Below, piece by piece: positions 12,901-27,062 of a DNA stretch of 64,000 nucleotides. Source of the DNA: Lama glama (Eukaryota). The translations under genes and the position numbers were made by a program. The stretch lies in assembly GCA_028534125.1 (NCBI GenBank), contig CM052816.1, positions 38,380,001 to 38,444,000 on the forward strand, in the 5' to 3' direction. Position 1 is the stretch's first letter. Each line of letters begins with the position of its first letter. The notes under the pieces were generated by a model. It did no database searches, was not told the origin of the DNA, and saw nothing but the letters and a program-made list of their open reading frames with translations.

Positions 12901-13923
12901 TTCACAATTATTTTTAATGTGTTTAAAACCAAAAAAATCTGAATTTCGGAATTTACTGATCTTTTATCTATACCATTTATGATGACATACAGGTTTTTTC
13001 TTTAAACTATATAAACATAGCTATTAGATTTCTATGATATATAACTTTATATATTATATATAACATAAAATATATTTAAATATATTAAGTATGAGAAGAG
13101 GAATATGTCCACAGGTAAATTATATATATTATAATACATAGAATATAACATACATATCAAGGATATTTACATATCCCAAAATTACTAAAATTACTCAATT
13201 AGTCAACGTACGCCTCTATGTTCAACTCATTTCATTTCCAATGATAATGTTGTTTCAAAGAATGTCATTAATATTCTTCATCTGTATTTCATTGTGTTCA
13301 TAACATCTTTATATGTTACAAAGCTGCCTTGTTTAGAGAAAAATACTAATTTTTTTTGAGTTTACCAAAGTAGTCACTATTTGATATGAAGTATACATTT
13401 TTCTTTAACACTTTCTGCTTTGAATTCTTCTTCAAGAATATTACTGCCATGCTGCTTCCCTGTTTTGCTTGTGGAAACTGTATCTCTGATTAGCTCTTTA
13501 TTTTAACTGTTTCAGATGAATCTCAGTAAATACCATGTAGTTAGATTGTTATTAAAGATACACTTTTAGATTTACATCTACATTGCTCTTTTCTTGGGAG
13601 GAAGAATTGGGCCTTACATGTCTTTATATCCTCTGAGCAGTCTTCACATCATTCTGGACAGGCGAGAAGCCTTGATGGAATTAGACTTATTAATTTTGAA
13701 ATAACATAGCTTAGTAATTGTCAATATGAACAGCTGTAGTTTAAAAATCTGGGGACCCTCTGCCTTAGATATTAGTTTGCTATCATGATGTCATTTAACC
13801 TCTCTTAACTACTCTTTCTCTAACTGAAAAAGAACTGAAAAGAAGTAACATAATATGTTTACTCATCATGAAAATGGTTACAGATGCTCAGAATAAAAGG
13901 CACTTAGAGAAATGCTTGGTAAC

Positions 13924-15581
13924 TTTATTACGTCTCGTATAAAAGTCAGCCCAGGTGCTACTGGTTTTTCACAAAATAAATTCCCAAAGCCTAGACACTA
14001 CTTATTCACCATAAAGGTCACAATTTGAACTTCTGCTGAGATGCCATGAAAGCTTCCTATGATTCAAGTCTAGCCAGGAACCAGAGAACTGAACTAATTG
14101 GTTAAGTCTGCTCAAGGTGACAAGCTGCCGGCTGGCAGACAAAACATTTAGAAAACCAGGCTGAAAATGCTACATCTAATTTCAGTTAGGATGTAAGAAG
14201 AGGTCCAGAAGACTGGTCTGTTTACTGGCAATGAAACATTATCCCCACACTATTCTCAGATCATCTGGGAGGACCTGTGCTCTTGGAGAAAGAAGGCAGC
14301 TCGTCTCCGTGGGTCTTTACCTAATTATTATAAAAATACGTTTGTGGCATAACTGTAAAGTTTGACACAGAGAATGGTCATGTGTTTGTTACAAATGTAA
14401 ACTGTTATTTAGTCTCTCTTTATCCTAATATAAAAATAAATGTAAAAGGAAAGCAAGGAAATATTTAGCACTCTATATAATACAGTACGTTTTTTAAAAT
14501 TCAATTTCCTAGTAGATAATTTAGAAGGTTCAGAAGTATATTTCTTTCAAGATCCTGTGTGATGTGGGCACTTATGTATATATGCTGTGTGTGTGTAAGG
14601 GGTGTGCAACATTAGAATATGCTGCAGTTAGAGAAGGAAGTAAAAAGTGCACAAGTGATAATGGCTTCACAAGGGTCATCTAAACTCTTCTAGGAAAAAT
14701 CTCTGAATATAAAATCATGCTATGTAGACAGTGGTAATCCTTCCACTTCACTTTCTATTTCCTTTTATGCTTTGATTAGCAGTCCATGTATCATTCATTT
14801 ATTTTTGGAGCTGTGTGGCCTCTAGTGGTACATGGAAAAAACATACAAAAAAAATACTGCAAGACTTAACACATCTATCTCCTGAGACTGAAAACTCTAA
14901 AAGATGCTAAGTATTATTCTAACTTAAAACAGTTATATATGTATTACTTTGACTTAATACAATGTGCTTATTTGACAGTTATAGATTTTGGTCCCACTTG
15001 TTCCAAAGCTGCTATTTCTAGTCACATATTTGTAGGAAAATGAGGTGGAAATAATTATTCTATATTTCTTCATGTTGTTTCTTACATTTGCCCCAGAGGT
15101 CAGTATCAATATTAAGACTTTATAAGAAAATATTTACCCAAATTAATAACAATTTTTTCAAAACAATATAATCACATGTTAAAATTTTGCTTAGAAGTGT
15201 TACAGGCATTTTAACTTTAACTCAAAATTAATTTTAATTAATTTAATTTAAAATATTTATTTGCTACATTACCTGGGTTTCTACCTAAAATTCTGAAACA
15301 TTTACAAACCATAGCACTACATCAGGCAGAATTAATAAGTTGATAGACAGATATCAAAATGAATGTCACTATACCTTGTTCAATATGAAAAACTGCCATT
15401 TGCATCTTGGCCCAGAATCTATTTATGTTGAAAGACTTTAAATGAAAAGAATAATTAAGCTTATGAACCAATTTACTAATGTGTTCTTCAAGAAATATTG
15501 GACCAATTAGTTCATATTTTCAAAATGTGATACTATTTCAACTGTAGTCTGTACTTTAATCACTTGGATGTCTTCCCTGTT
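13924..15581 (-). other. Putative terminal exon / 3'UTR of an unidentified large-intron gene
   Basis: Strong acceptor ctgttttttctttgtcag|AACAGGG at 15581; all frames stop within 75 nt (TGKTSK*, QGRHPSD*, NREDIQVIKVQTTVEIVSHFENMN*); repeat-poor AU-rich sequence follows, with minus-strand AATAAA at 15256-15261 and 13924-13929. Confidence 0.45.
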
Positions 15582-17586
15582 CTGACAAAGAAAAAACAGT
15601 ATTGATTTGAAAGGTACCCCCAAGAAATAAGAAAAATGTACAACTTGCCACAATAGGCAATTTGGCATTAGTGTCTTTCTGCGATGGTACTATATACAGA
15701 ACAGGGATTGCCAAAATTTCTTCTGAGACATTCCTTCTTCTATTTGAAAAACTCACAGACCACCAGCTCAAAAAAACCTCTGAAAGCAGAAGGTGATATG
15801 TTCCACAGGTGAAGTATTTACAAATTTATTACGAAGTATTTGCCTATTTCCGGATTTATTTACTAGACTACAGATTTTAAAGGCATTTCCCAATTCATCA
15901 TGCTTACTAGCATAAATTCCCCCTAGGATTATAATAAAGGAGTTTATAACTAGAGATTAGAAGATAAAGACAATGCTGTATTTAGTGAGAAAGAAAGTGA
16001 TAAGAAAATACAAACTGAGTGCCTACTGATGCCCTTTGCAAGAGAAGATTATTTTGCAGCTTTATCACATTCTCACTTTATAGGGTAGCTGAAGAAAACA
16101 AAACAAAGGAATATGTGAGCTATGTACTGGCAGTTATTGGAAATGGATTTTTGATTTACTTGCCAACTGAGAATTCAGAAACAAAATAAAGCCCTTTCAT
16201 GGCCATCAGAAAATATGACTTTCTAAATAAGAATAATGAATATTGTCTACATAAATGATTCCCAAGTTAATTCATCCAACATCTTTCAGTGCCAGAATAG
16301 CACTATTTAATAAAATTCTGATGGTGAATGTCTAACATTGAAAAGTCACTTGTATACACACAGAAAGCCGTATTATATAAAACTCTGTGAGAAACGTCAT
16401 TCCCATGATAAAACTGACAAGGCAAAAGTGAATGCCCTTTGACAGAGCAACATTCCTGACAATTGCCAATCTCTCTTAATGCTATTTCCACGGTATATAG
16501 TGGTGGATGAAATTCAGCTCTCTTTGGTTGGAGTGAGCTTCTGGGATCCAAGCAAGTGGTAGGAAGGGTGTGTTTTGAGGAAAGGTTTATGTTTGGGCTA
16601 TATATTCAGGGTATGCTTTACACTCAATAGAGTCAGATGGCATGTTTGAGTTTCTATTTAATTTTAATGTTGTCAATCAATATTTATTGATCATTTCAAT
16701 GTTTTATTTTTAATGTCTTATTACGGGTATTTTCAAATGTCGGTAAAACATACATAAATTACTATAATCAATATCCATGTATGCAATGTCCAGCTTCAGC
16801 CATGGGAAAGCTTTGTGTTCTTTATTTTATTTATTAAGATCAAGACGCAAAAAGTTTGGTTAAATAGAGACAATATGAGACTAGCATCAGAAATTTTTAA
16901 GCCTTTTTAGGAGAGTGTTTAGCAATCACACTTTTCTTTCCAACCAAATAAAACTAGATAAAATACTCAAACATCAGTCCTTAGCTTTGTTCATTTGGGT
17001 GTGTTAAAACTGAAAGATGGGTTAATTATCATTTTACTAAAAAGAAGAAACTAAGAATGTCCTGATTTCACTGCTACTATATACCTTTTCTTGTACTTTT
17101 CTCACATTGAAAAATGTGTAAAATACAAATGACATGTGAATACACATGCATGCTTTAATAAACTGAATTTATACACACATAGATACCTATATAAATACGT
17201 TTATCTACATGGATACAAGTACCAGTTTACTACTGTAGTTGGCAAAATTTTTGAAAATAAAATCTTCTGAATATCAGACAATTTTCATTTAGGTTTCAAG
17301 CACCATAGCTTAGTTTCCAACCAACCACTATACTCCTGAGAAGTCCTGAAACTCAAAACCTCACTCACACACCTTTAGAAAAGAAAAGAATAAACCACCA
17401 GGGTTAGGAGGTTCATTTGAAGGTGAGACAAATGGTGGTTTTAATATAATAAAGAGTCTAGGCCAGTATCTCCTTAAAGATATTTCTATGTTTAGTAAAT
17501 TCAGACAAATTCAATTAAAATTAAAAGTGACTTGAAATGCTTACCAAGTTGGAGGTATTGTCGCTGAGAATTTAGAGATATTTTCT

Positions 17587-17754
17587 CTAAACTGCCACTT
17601 TATGTGAGATGTTTTTCAACATAAGGGCATCACAAGTAGATCTGATTGTCCCATGAAGAGCTCCGGTGTCATGTTTCCTCCAAAGAATGAGGAATAACAC
17701 AAGAAGAGTAAAGGACAAGGCCTGCATTACAAATGCCCAAATCCATGGCCTCTC
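17587..17754 (-). CDS. Putative coding exon: phase-0 frame ERPWIWAFVMQALSFTLLVLFLILWRKHDTGALHGTIRSTCDALMLKNISHKVAV* (TM tail); phase-2 frame RGHGFGHL*
   Basis: Acceptor cttcgatttttttcccacag|GAGAGG at 17754; 55-codon ORF open from the acceptor to TAG at 17587-17589 with a ~22-aa hydrophobic run followed by RK; possible donor TTG|GTAAGC at 17545. Confidence 0.45.
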   Translation of the reverse strand, partial: ERPWIWAFVMQALSFTLLVLFLILWRKHDTGALHGTIRSTCDALMLKNISHKVAV

Positions 17755-20196
17755 CTGTGGGAAAAAAATCGAAGATGAAACTTGGTGCTTTTGGTACTAT
17801 GTAGAGCCTTGAAGTAATTTTATTTCTTCCTCTTTTTTTCCCTAAACCTTTCTTCTTTGACAAAGTTCAGCTTGACTTTCTAAATAAGATTAATGCTTAT
17901 GGTCGACACAGATTATTCTGATGTCAGTCAGGGCACTGCTCTTTCCTGGGTTACTAAAACAACGATGGGACTGGCAGGTATAAAACACTTTCCAACACAG
18001 GCAGACAGTGAGTTCAGTTTGGAATCTGAATCCAAATTAGGACCCATATTAATGGCAAATGGTAAAAACCTTTGCTTTAGTTTTCTAATTAAGATTAATG
18101 ATAGCAGTGTGAAGAGCTGGTATCAAGACCCTGGTATTAACAGCAATCATTTTTCAACTGTGGCAAAGATGCTTTTCTTTTGAAGTAACTTCTAGTCCAA
18201 AATAAGAGTTGGCAAGAACGTAGTGCTGAAAGAGGCAGAAGATTCCATAGCAGCATTTCTTAAGACTGAACCACAAACGCATTGAACATACAAAAATCTC
18301 AGGAGAAACTGTCTTTCAGGCAGCACCTACCCTGCCAAAACCTGCTCTCCAGAAAAAGAGCTCAGCCTTAGGGAAAACAAGGGGCTCCATGTTCTTGAAT
18401 GAGATTCTATTGAAAGTTATAAATAACTGGTAAAAATAAATGTTTCCAATTAAAGTGCTTCTGGATATCTGTTGATTGTGAGTGAGATGATTTACACAGA
18501 GTGCACAGCCGGAGCACAGACACACCATCTGGAATTACTAACCGAGAAACCCATAAACTCATCGATGTATTACATGACTTACTGTCAGGCCTCCATGGAG
18601 TAGGTATCATCAGATTCTAAAGCTTCGCATTTAAACCACTTTAGAACTCGCGTAAAACAGAACATGTTTCATTCAGAAAAAAAGCCTCCCTTTTTGGACT
18701 GTGTTGTGTATGCTCTGAAAACAAATTCCTCAGAGGGAGATGAAAGAAAATCTGGGGAAATAGCAACCAGTAAGTTTTTCTCTCCCAGCTGTTTTGTCAG
18801 TTTTAGACAACCACAGAAATTATGCAGTGGGTTTTGTTCCACAATCAGTAATACACGTAATGTCTGAAAATACAGACCTCTTTGGAAGGATGACTGCTTG
18901 GTGCCCTTAGGATTTCGAGCTAGGTTTTTAAATTTCTTTTTACAATTGCTTGAACACAAGAGAGCTTTTGTGTGCCAAGACATACATGGTCTTTAAGCAA
19001 ACAAAAGTGGAAAATTTTAGCACATTCCACATTAATAGAAACAGAATTGAATTTGCCTGAGTTCTGTTTATGAATGGCATTATTTATACAGCTGTGAATT
19101 GTATCGAAACACGACAATGTGGGGAAAAAAATCTACATTCATTGAATTATCCAGCTGATTTCTGGTTTTTTCTTTTTAATGCCTACTCATCATAAAATCG
19201 AAAGCATCAAGTTTTTAAAATATTGAATTTTTAGAAGACGTTTCAAAATCATTTCTCTTCTGGAATAGCTGCTTTTCAAATTGAGCTATGACCTTCTAAA
19301 ATGAACTGTATACATGAATTTATTTTATTAACATATCTTATCCTTTCCTCCCTTAAAGTGTGAAGACCCTCTTGTTCTCTAGCCCTGAGAGAGGGAGGAA
19401 TCCCATTCTCCAACCCCGTAGTCTCCCCTGATATCGACTGGCTATAAAGAACCTACAGGTCACCATCTGAAAATCAATTCCTATAGCATAACAAGACTCT
19501 AGTAGCCACTCCTTCCGAAACGGGCAAAACAAGGTGTCAGAACATTTCATTTCTTCTCAAAAGTAGAAGTGAATTCATGACAATTTTTGAGAACTCAATA
19601 TTGTATTGGGAGGATCAAAATCAAAGGTAATATTAAATGGCGTGATCAAAATCATCATCTGCATAATCAGTGCCCAATGCGAATCTCAGCTTCATCTCTG
19701 GGAAATGTATAGTAAATTGGCCTGTTCACCCCTAGCAATGGCATTTAAGGACTATAAACAGGGATGCTCTGCTGGGAGGAAGAGCAGTTAAGAAGAGCAC
19801 GTGGACGTGAGCAGGAGACAGCATGTTTTGGACGACTTCGGGTGGCAGCAGTGAGCCTTGCTCAGCTCTAAACTGGAAGTTCCATCTTCTGTCTGTCTCC
19901 ATCATTGTCATACCCCACAGATACCAAAAAAGTGGACATTCTTGAGTTTCTGAATAACAACAAACTTTCTATGCATAAGCTGTTGACCTTTTATGTAGTT
20001 AGTTAATTGGCAGAACTGACTGTTAACCTATTGACTTGCTTTTTTTTTTTTTTAATCAGCTTTTTCCAGCAGTATAGGGTCTTTCTCGATGGGCATCTGC
20101 CCATATCAACTTTGTTCCATGACAGTGGGGACTTTCTGTTGCATTTTATTTCTTTACCCAAAATTTCCAAGTTGCATGCTCTGTAAATTCATCTTG

Positions 20197-20692
20197 GTGT
20201 AAGTTTTCTATTGCTACTTTAACAAATTCCACAAACTTTTTAACTTAACACAAATCTATCATCTATGGTTCTGTGAGTCCAACATGGGTCTTACCAGACT
20301 AAAATTGAGCTTTTGGCAGGATGGCTTTTTTTTTTTTTTCTTTTGGCTCTAGGGGAGAATCTATTTTCCTGCCTTTTCCAGCTTCTAGATGCAACTCAGT
20401 CCTTGGCTAATGGTCTTCCTCCTCCATCATCAAAGCCAGAAACCTTACATCTCTCTGACCCTTTCTGTTTTTGCCTCATCCCCTTCTCTGACCGTGGCCA
20501 GGAAAGACTATGTTCTTAGAGGCTCAATTGAACATGGTGAGCCCAACCAGATAAAACAGATAATCTCCCAACCTCAAGGTTCTAAGCTTAAATCACATCT
20601 ACAAAGTCCCTTTACCAATGTAGGTAGCATATTCACAGGTTCTGGAGATTATGTTGTGGACGTCTTTGGGGGTTATCATTCTTCTTACCATC
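20197..20692 (-). mobile_element. MLT1 (ERVL-MaLR, MLT1C/D-like) solo LTR
   Basis: tgtaagttttctattgctact...ggctctaggggagaatc...ccttttccagcttctaga...cacaggttctggagatta are typical MLT1 segments. Confidence 0.8.
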
Positions 20693-21294
20693 TCACCTGA
20701 AAAATTCTCCGGAATCTCATTTGCTGTGACTTACCTATCTTGCCCTCAAATCACTACCAAAAGTGGGGATTCAGTCTTTGTAATAGAACTGAATGATATT
20801 TGGGGAAGATCACCATATATACATCTACAACTAATTATGTTTAAACAACAGAGAAAATGACTGCGTTGATCTACCAATAAAAGAAAATTGTTGCTGTATC
20901 TTCAATACCCTCATTATCTTAGCTTAGCTATGCCCTTCTAATCAGCTGCTCAAATAGCTATGGGTATATAAATGTTATCCCCAATTCCTGAAGTTATTCA
21001 GGTAAATAACTGGCTTCAATATCAGGTTCCTCCTTTTCTTTGATGTCATGTCTGTTTACTTCATATTTTGACCTGATCTTTCAATTCTTAATTTCTGATG
21101 GTTTCCCAGAATTTTAATTTCCTTATTTTCTCTAATCTCTAATTTCTGTTCTCCAAGAAATTGTTCCTCTGCTGAGCTGGGCGTTCTCACCTTTAAAATC
21201 TGAATATTGCCCTCCAGGTAGTATCTGGATGTTCTCTCCACTTAATTCTGCACATACTGTTACAACCTCCAGCTCTATGGTTGTTCCATAAATT

Positions 21295-21735
21295 AGTGTC
21301 CCCAAAAGGAAACAGCTGTCATTCTCACATTAGTATAATTCAAAGAGAATTTAATAAAGAGATTATTTACAAAGTTTGAGAACACCACAAGAGACTGTAG
21401 AATAACAACAGACTGGTAAAAGCAGAATTGCTACAAGTCCTAGTAGGCCCAAAAAACAAGATAGAGAAATGGTTACTGGAATACATAAGGTGAAAGTCAG
21501 TGGAGAAGGTCGCTACTGGAAGAGCAGTGAACTTCCCTGAGGGATACAGACAACCCAAGGTAATCTTGCAAAGAGGAAGTCAGGAGAAGAAATACCCTTC
21601 CCCTTGGCTGAGCTCTACTAGAGTCCAGAAAGGCCATTGCTCTGATCCACGTGGGTGGGATATTGGCTTTAAGAGCAGAGAGAGAAAAAGTGGAGAGCAA
21701 GCTGAGAGGGACAATGGAAATTATCTAACAATACC
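21295..21735. mobile_element. Ancient ERVL-type LTR (LTR33/LTR16-like)
   Basis: aggaaacagctgtcattctca...agaatttaataaagagattatttacaaag motif; a related copy lies at about 37290-37670. Confidence 0.5.
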
Positions 21736-23308
21736 TCCTTGGCCACAAGTATGTATTATGTATGTATTATGACCAATCTATTCTCACCCTGATTAACTAC
21801 ATAAAATGTACTGACTGACAGACCTTAATATATATCACCTTTAATTTCATGTTTCCATTAATAATGTGGTGGGCTAAATACTAAAGGCATTCCAGCCTAT
21901 AAACCAGGAGTAACATATTCATTAATTTTTATACTTATACGTAAGATTTAAAGGTTAGTTGTTCATTTACTTAGATATAATTTGTCTTATGAAAACTCCT
22001 GTCATACAATTTTTAATGGAGTTAATTTTCTCATGTAAAAATGAAAGAGTAAAATAATAGTGAAACTTAGGAACAAGTGAATATGAGAAAAGACATTCTT
22101 ACTTTGCCATCAATATGGAAACATTTAGCTTAAAATAATTAGATTCCAGAGACATCAAGAGAAGATATCTATTAGTATATTCATTGCTGTCATTTGCTAT
22201 AGCAAGAACTCTGCTTCATTCACCTTTGTACCCCTAACATCCAAGCTGGTCGGTGCCCAGCATGTGGAAAATGTCTTATAAATGTGTTTGTTCAATTATG
22301 CAACTTCTGTCATGCTCATGTAACATGTACATATGCATAACTTATCTTTTCTATTAGTCATAGACATTGACTTCATATGTCTACTAGTGCAGATGGGCTT
22401 CCATATTTGACCAAACTCATTCATTACATAGTTATCACAATCTCTGTTATCTAATCCATGAAATACACTGTCTTCTTGTATTAAGTAAAGCTCTGTTGTC
22501 TGCTCCTCTAACTGGCCTTACCACTCCCATCTTTTCCCATTCCAGTCGCTCTAAGGTCTGATTAACGGCTCCAAACATGGCCCCTTCTCTGCTGAAAAAT
22601 GCTCTTTGATTAGTTGTACACTGCCTCCTGAATTAAGAGCATATCCCTTCCAGAAACATTCAGGATCCTCTGCTGTGTGGCCTTATTTTTCCAGATCAAT
22701 ATCCACTACTTTATTATACAAAACCATATATGTGCAAAGTAGAAAAAGACACCACCTCTGGGAAGACAAAAGCCTGAAGATACAAGTTTAGGCTAGAGCA
22801 AAAGACTGCCTCTCTGAGAAGAAAAAGGCTCCTTCCTTTGGATGAGCACACACCGTACACCCCAGGGCACGTGGCTCCTCGACAAGAGCAGGACACCACA
22901 AAGTCCACAACCGGACACTTGCTAACCCTGTGCCTGTACTCTGGACACTCCTGTTAAAATGGATCATTCACTACTGTCCAGAGTAACCTCTGGTATTGCC
23001 CAGTTTGGTGCCCTGATTCATGTTCCTCCTCTCCACTTACACATTTGCACCTTTCTTAAATTTTCCTAAACTTCTACCTCATTCAGTCAGGCACGCAGCC
23101 TCTGTTCTGTGTGTGCCTGTGCAGCAGGTGCTATGAGTGGTGCTGGGAATGCACAAAAAACAGATCTCTCATTCATGTAATTTCTTCTCATCCCCACAAC
23201 TCAATATGATTATTCCTTTTCCTAACCACCTCACTGCCCAACACACACAATACTTCATCCATACATCCCTTTGGGAATTCACGTGGGCTGCTGTCTCTAG
23301 AAATGTTT

Positions 23309-23757
23309 GTTTTCGTTTTTGTTTTTTATTGAAGTACAGTCAGTTACGATGTGTCAATTTCTGGTGTACAGCACAATGTCCCGGTCATCCATATACATAC
23401 GTATATTCGTCTTCATATTCTTTTTCATTAAAGGTTATTACAAGATATTGAATATAGCTCCCTGTGCTATACAGAATAAACTTGTTTTTTTAATCTGTTT
23501 TTATATATAGTAGCTAACATTTGCAAATCTCAAACTTCCAAATTTATCCCTTTCCACCCTCTTTCCCTGGTAGCCATAAGATTGTTTACTATGTCTGCGA
23601 GTCTATTTCTGTTTTGTAGATGAGTTCATAGAGTCTTTTCTTTTTTTTTTAGATTCCACATATGAATGATATCATATGGTATTTTTCTTTCTCTTTCTAG
23701 CACACTTCACTTAGAATGATGATCCCTAGGTCCATACATGTTGCTGCAAATGGCATT
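23309..23757 (-). mobile_element. 5'-truncated lineage-specific L1 3' end
   Basis: ttttttattgaagtacagtcagttac...ttgctgcaaatggcatt; TSD tctag(a/t)aatgttt at 23296-23308 and 23758-23770. Confidence 0.9.
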
Positions 23758-24819
23758 TCTAGTAATGTTTTGACGAACATATCTTTTTTTTGCCATTAAA
23801 CTCAATGCCATGGATTTACAAATCTTGGTATCCAGAAGAGTGTCTAGCTGTGAAACTTGAGGAAAATAATTAAACTTAATTATTCATCACCTGCCCTGTA
23901 ACTCTAACTGCCACATTATGACTGTAACTCAGCCCATGTATAATGGGTCAGTAAAGCTGAGTGCATTTTCTGTTCCATTGCATGTTGAGTTACTTAAAAA
24001 TTACATCCTTTTGCTAGAGTTCTCAACCAGCATTTAGTGACATCTTTCAGACATGTGGCACTTGTACAGCTGAAGACAGAATGGGAGAATTATAGAGATC
24101 TTTAAATTTTTTCTTTTTGGTAGCTCTTCACCTAGTGATGAGGACTGCTTTTTACACACTCTAGCTTTCTTCTTCGCTAAATTCCCCATCAACACATGGC
24201 CCAGATAGAGACAGCTGTCAACATCTTCAATTTCCTCCTTCTATTGCTCTTGATAGATCCCCTGGTACAGTATTAATTTTATCCACTTTACCATAGAGGT
24301 GATTATTTCAGCCCACTTTTATGCTACTTCTGTATACAGATGCTCCATTCAATCCCAGGTATGATTGGTACGTGGAAGTGGAACTTATACCCATAATGAA
24401 CATAAAATTGGCCTATTTAGTGATACTTAAGTATTTTAAAATAAAATATTTTTCATGTTTAAATAAAACATCTAGGAATTCCCAGAAAAAAGGATTGAAC
24501 TTTCCCAGCTGTAAAATTACTCTCTTCCCCAAAACAGGTACATAAGGACAGAAACCAGAATGGAATTAGTTGAAGAGGAAATAAGAAATGAAAACACAAA
24601 GATAATAATTTTATCAGTTATTATGTTAAATTTTTTCTGGAAAAAAAGAAGGGAAATAATGAATTAGTATGAGACATGAGTGTGAGATAAAGGACTTAAT
24701 GGGAACCACTAGTGTATGTTTAATGTTGACAAGGATTATTAATAACAATGTAAATAAATGTAGAACTGATTTTGCAAGAAAGTACACTGGGATGAAATTC
24801 AAAGAATAATTCTCTGACC

Positions 24820-26017
24820 CATCCATAGGTTGATCACTCCTTCATGCCTAAAACAGTTTTCTCTTTTGATATTTCTGATACCACATGTTCCAAGTTATTT
24901 CCTCTATTTCAATCATTATACCACTTCTGTTTTCTTTGTAGATTATAACACATTGTTGTATAGTAGAACTTCTTGTAGAAATTCAGACTATAAATCAGTA
25001 GAGTCTAGCAATTCTGCAATGCTAGTAAAATTCCAAACGATGCTATTGCTGTAGGTCCACGGAGCCTAGTTTGAGTAACAAGGACTTACAGAATCTTTAA
25101 ATCCTAGTGTGTTTCAGAGCCTAGGTCTGGCACATTCCTCTCTTTTCACTCCTAGGCATTCTCACATAGTCCAGTGGCTTTAAGTAAAATGTATCTCCAG
25201 TACAGTTATCTGTTAGGAAATCCTGACTTAACAAAAGGCCAATTTGACATTTTTGGATGCCCAATATCAAATGTGCAATTATAATACCCAAACATGTTTC
25301 TCTTCTAGTCTTTTCCCATTTTAGTGGGTGATACTATTGTCTATCCATTGCTTAGGCCAAATGTCTATGGGACATCTCTCTCACTTTAAATATTTTCCTT
25401 ACACAATCAGCCCACCAGTACTTTCCCAGTTCCACTGATACTCACTTAACACATCTTCACCTCTAATGCCATCTTCTTGCGCCCGGTCACCATAATGTCA
25501 CCCAGTCTTCTGCAAGAACCTCACACCCTCTGCTATGGTCTTCATACATTCCATTCTTCCCATAAGACCCAGAGCTAATGATTATAAAAGTAAATTAGAC
25601 CATGGAAATCCACTCTTTAGCAGCCTTCCATGGGCAACGCTTTGAATAGCAAGGCCCAAGTAAGACTCCAGGCCATGTCTAACAGCTTCCTTTTACAGCA
25701 GTTCATCCTTACAGCTATGTTCACAATGACATTGACCCCCTTTCTCTTCCTCAAACTTACTATACCAGTTTCTTTCCCACCTCATGTCCTCTGCATTTGG
25801 AGCTGACAACCACCACCCTGCCCTCCACCCTAGGATGTTCTTCCTCCAGCTCTTAACATGTCTAATTCCTTTTTTATTCCTCCAGATTCAATTCAGATTA
25901 TATTCCTTGGAGAAACTGTCTCAGGCAACTGGGTTGCAACAAGCCATCCACCTCCATCTTTACCCTAGTTACTCCCTAATACACTTTTTTATTTTCTTTT
26001 TAATACTTATCACAATC
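24820..26017 (+). mobile_element. L2 LINE with a nested MER5-like hAT element (about 24960-25090)
   Basis: Pyrimidine-rich L2 motifs; MER5-like gatgctattgctgtaggtccacggagcctagtttgagtaacaagg; the L2 3' end resumes after 27080. Confidence 0.6.
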
Positions 26018-26032
26018 TAAAAAATCATATAT

Positions 26033-27062
26033 GGTTCATACAACTTAATAAGGAAAAAAAAAACACCTAATCCAAAATTAAGCAGAAGACCTAAACAGGC
26101 AATTCTCCAATGAAGACATATAAATGGGCAACAGGAACATGAAAAAAAATGCTCAATATCACTAATTATCAGACAAATGCAAATCAAAACTACAATGAGG
26201 TATCACCTCACACCAGTCAGAATGGCCATCACTCAAAAGTCTACAAATGATAAATGCTTGAGAGGCTGTGGAGAAAAGGGAACCCTCCAACACTGCTGGT
26301 GGGAATGCAGTTTGGTACAGCCATTGTGGAAAACAGTATGGAGATTCACTTACCATATGATCCAGCAATCCCACTCCTAGTCATATATCCAGAGGGAACC
26401 TTAATTCAAGAAGGCACCTGCACCCCAATGTTCATAGCAGCACCATTTACAATAGTCAAGACATGGAAACAACCTAAATGTTCATCAACAGATGACTGGA
26501 TAAAGAAGCTGTGGTATATTTATACAATAGAATACTATTCAGCCATAAAAATAATAAAATAATGCCATTTGCAGCAACATGGATGAACCTGGAGAATGTC
26601 ATTCTAAGTGAAGTAAGCCAGAAAGAGAAAGAAAAACACCATATGATATCACTAAAAAAAAAAAAAGACAAATAAACTTATTTATCAAATAGAAACAGAC
26701 TTAGACATAGAAAACAAACTTATGGTTACCCGAGGGGAAGGGGGTGGGAAGGGATAAATTGGGAGTTTGAGATTTGCAGATACTGACTGGTATATATAAA
26801 ATAGATAAACAAGTTTATACTGTATAGCACAGGGAACTATATTCAATATCTTGTAGTAGCTTCCTGTGAAAAAGAATATGAAAATGAATATATATATATT
26901 CATGTATGACTGAAAAACTATGCTGTACACCAGAAATTGACACACTGTAAACTGACTATACTTAAAAGAAAATTTACATTTACATTTAAAAAGAAACAAT
27001 ATTAGATATGAAGTAAAAAATAAAGGTAATATAAAATGTTTTTATTCTTATAAATAAATAAA
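26033..27062 (+). mobile_element. 5'-truncated L1 (ORF2 C-terminus plus 3'UTR)
   Basis: Translates to L1 ORF2 C-terminal motifs [36 protein letters not shown] and [10 protein letters not shown] with frameshifts; TSD-like taaaaa(g)atcatatat at 26018-26032 and 27063-27078. Confidence 0.95.
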
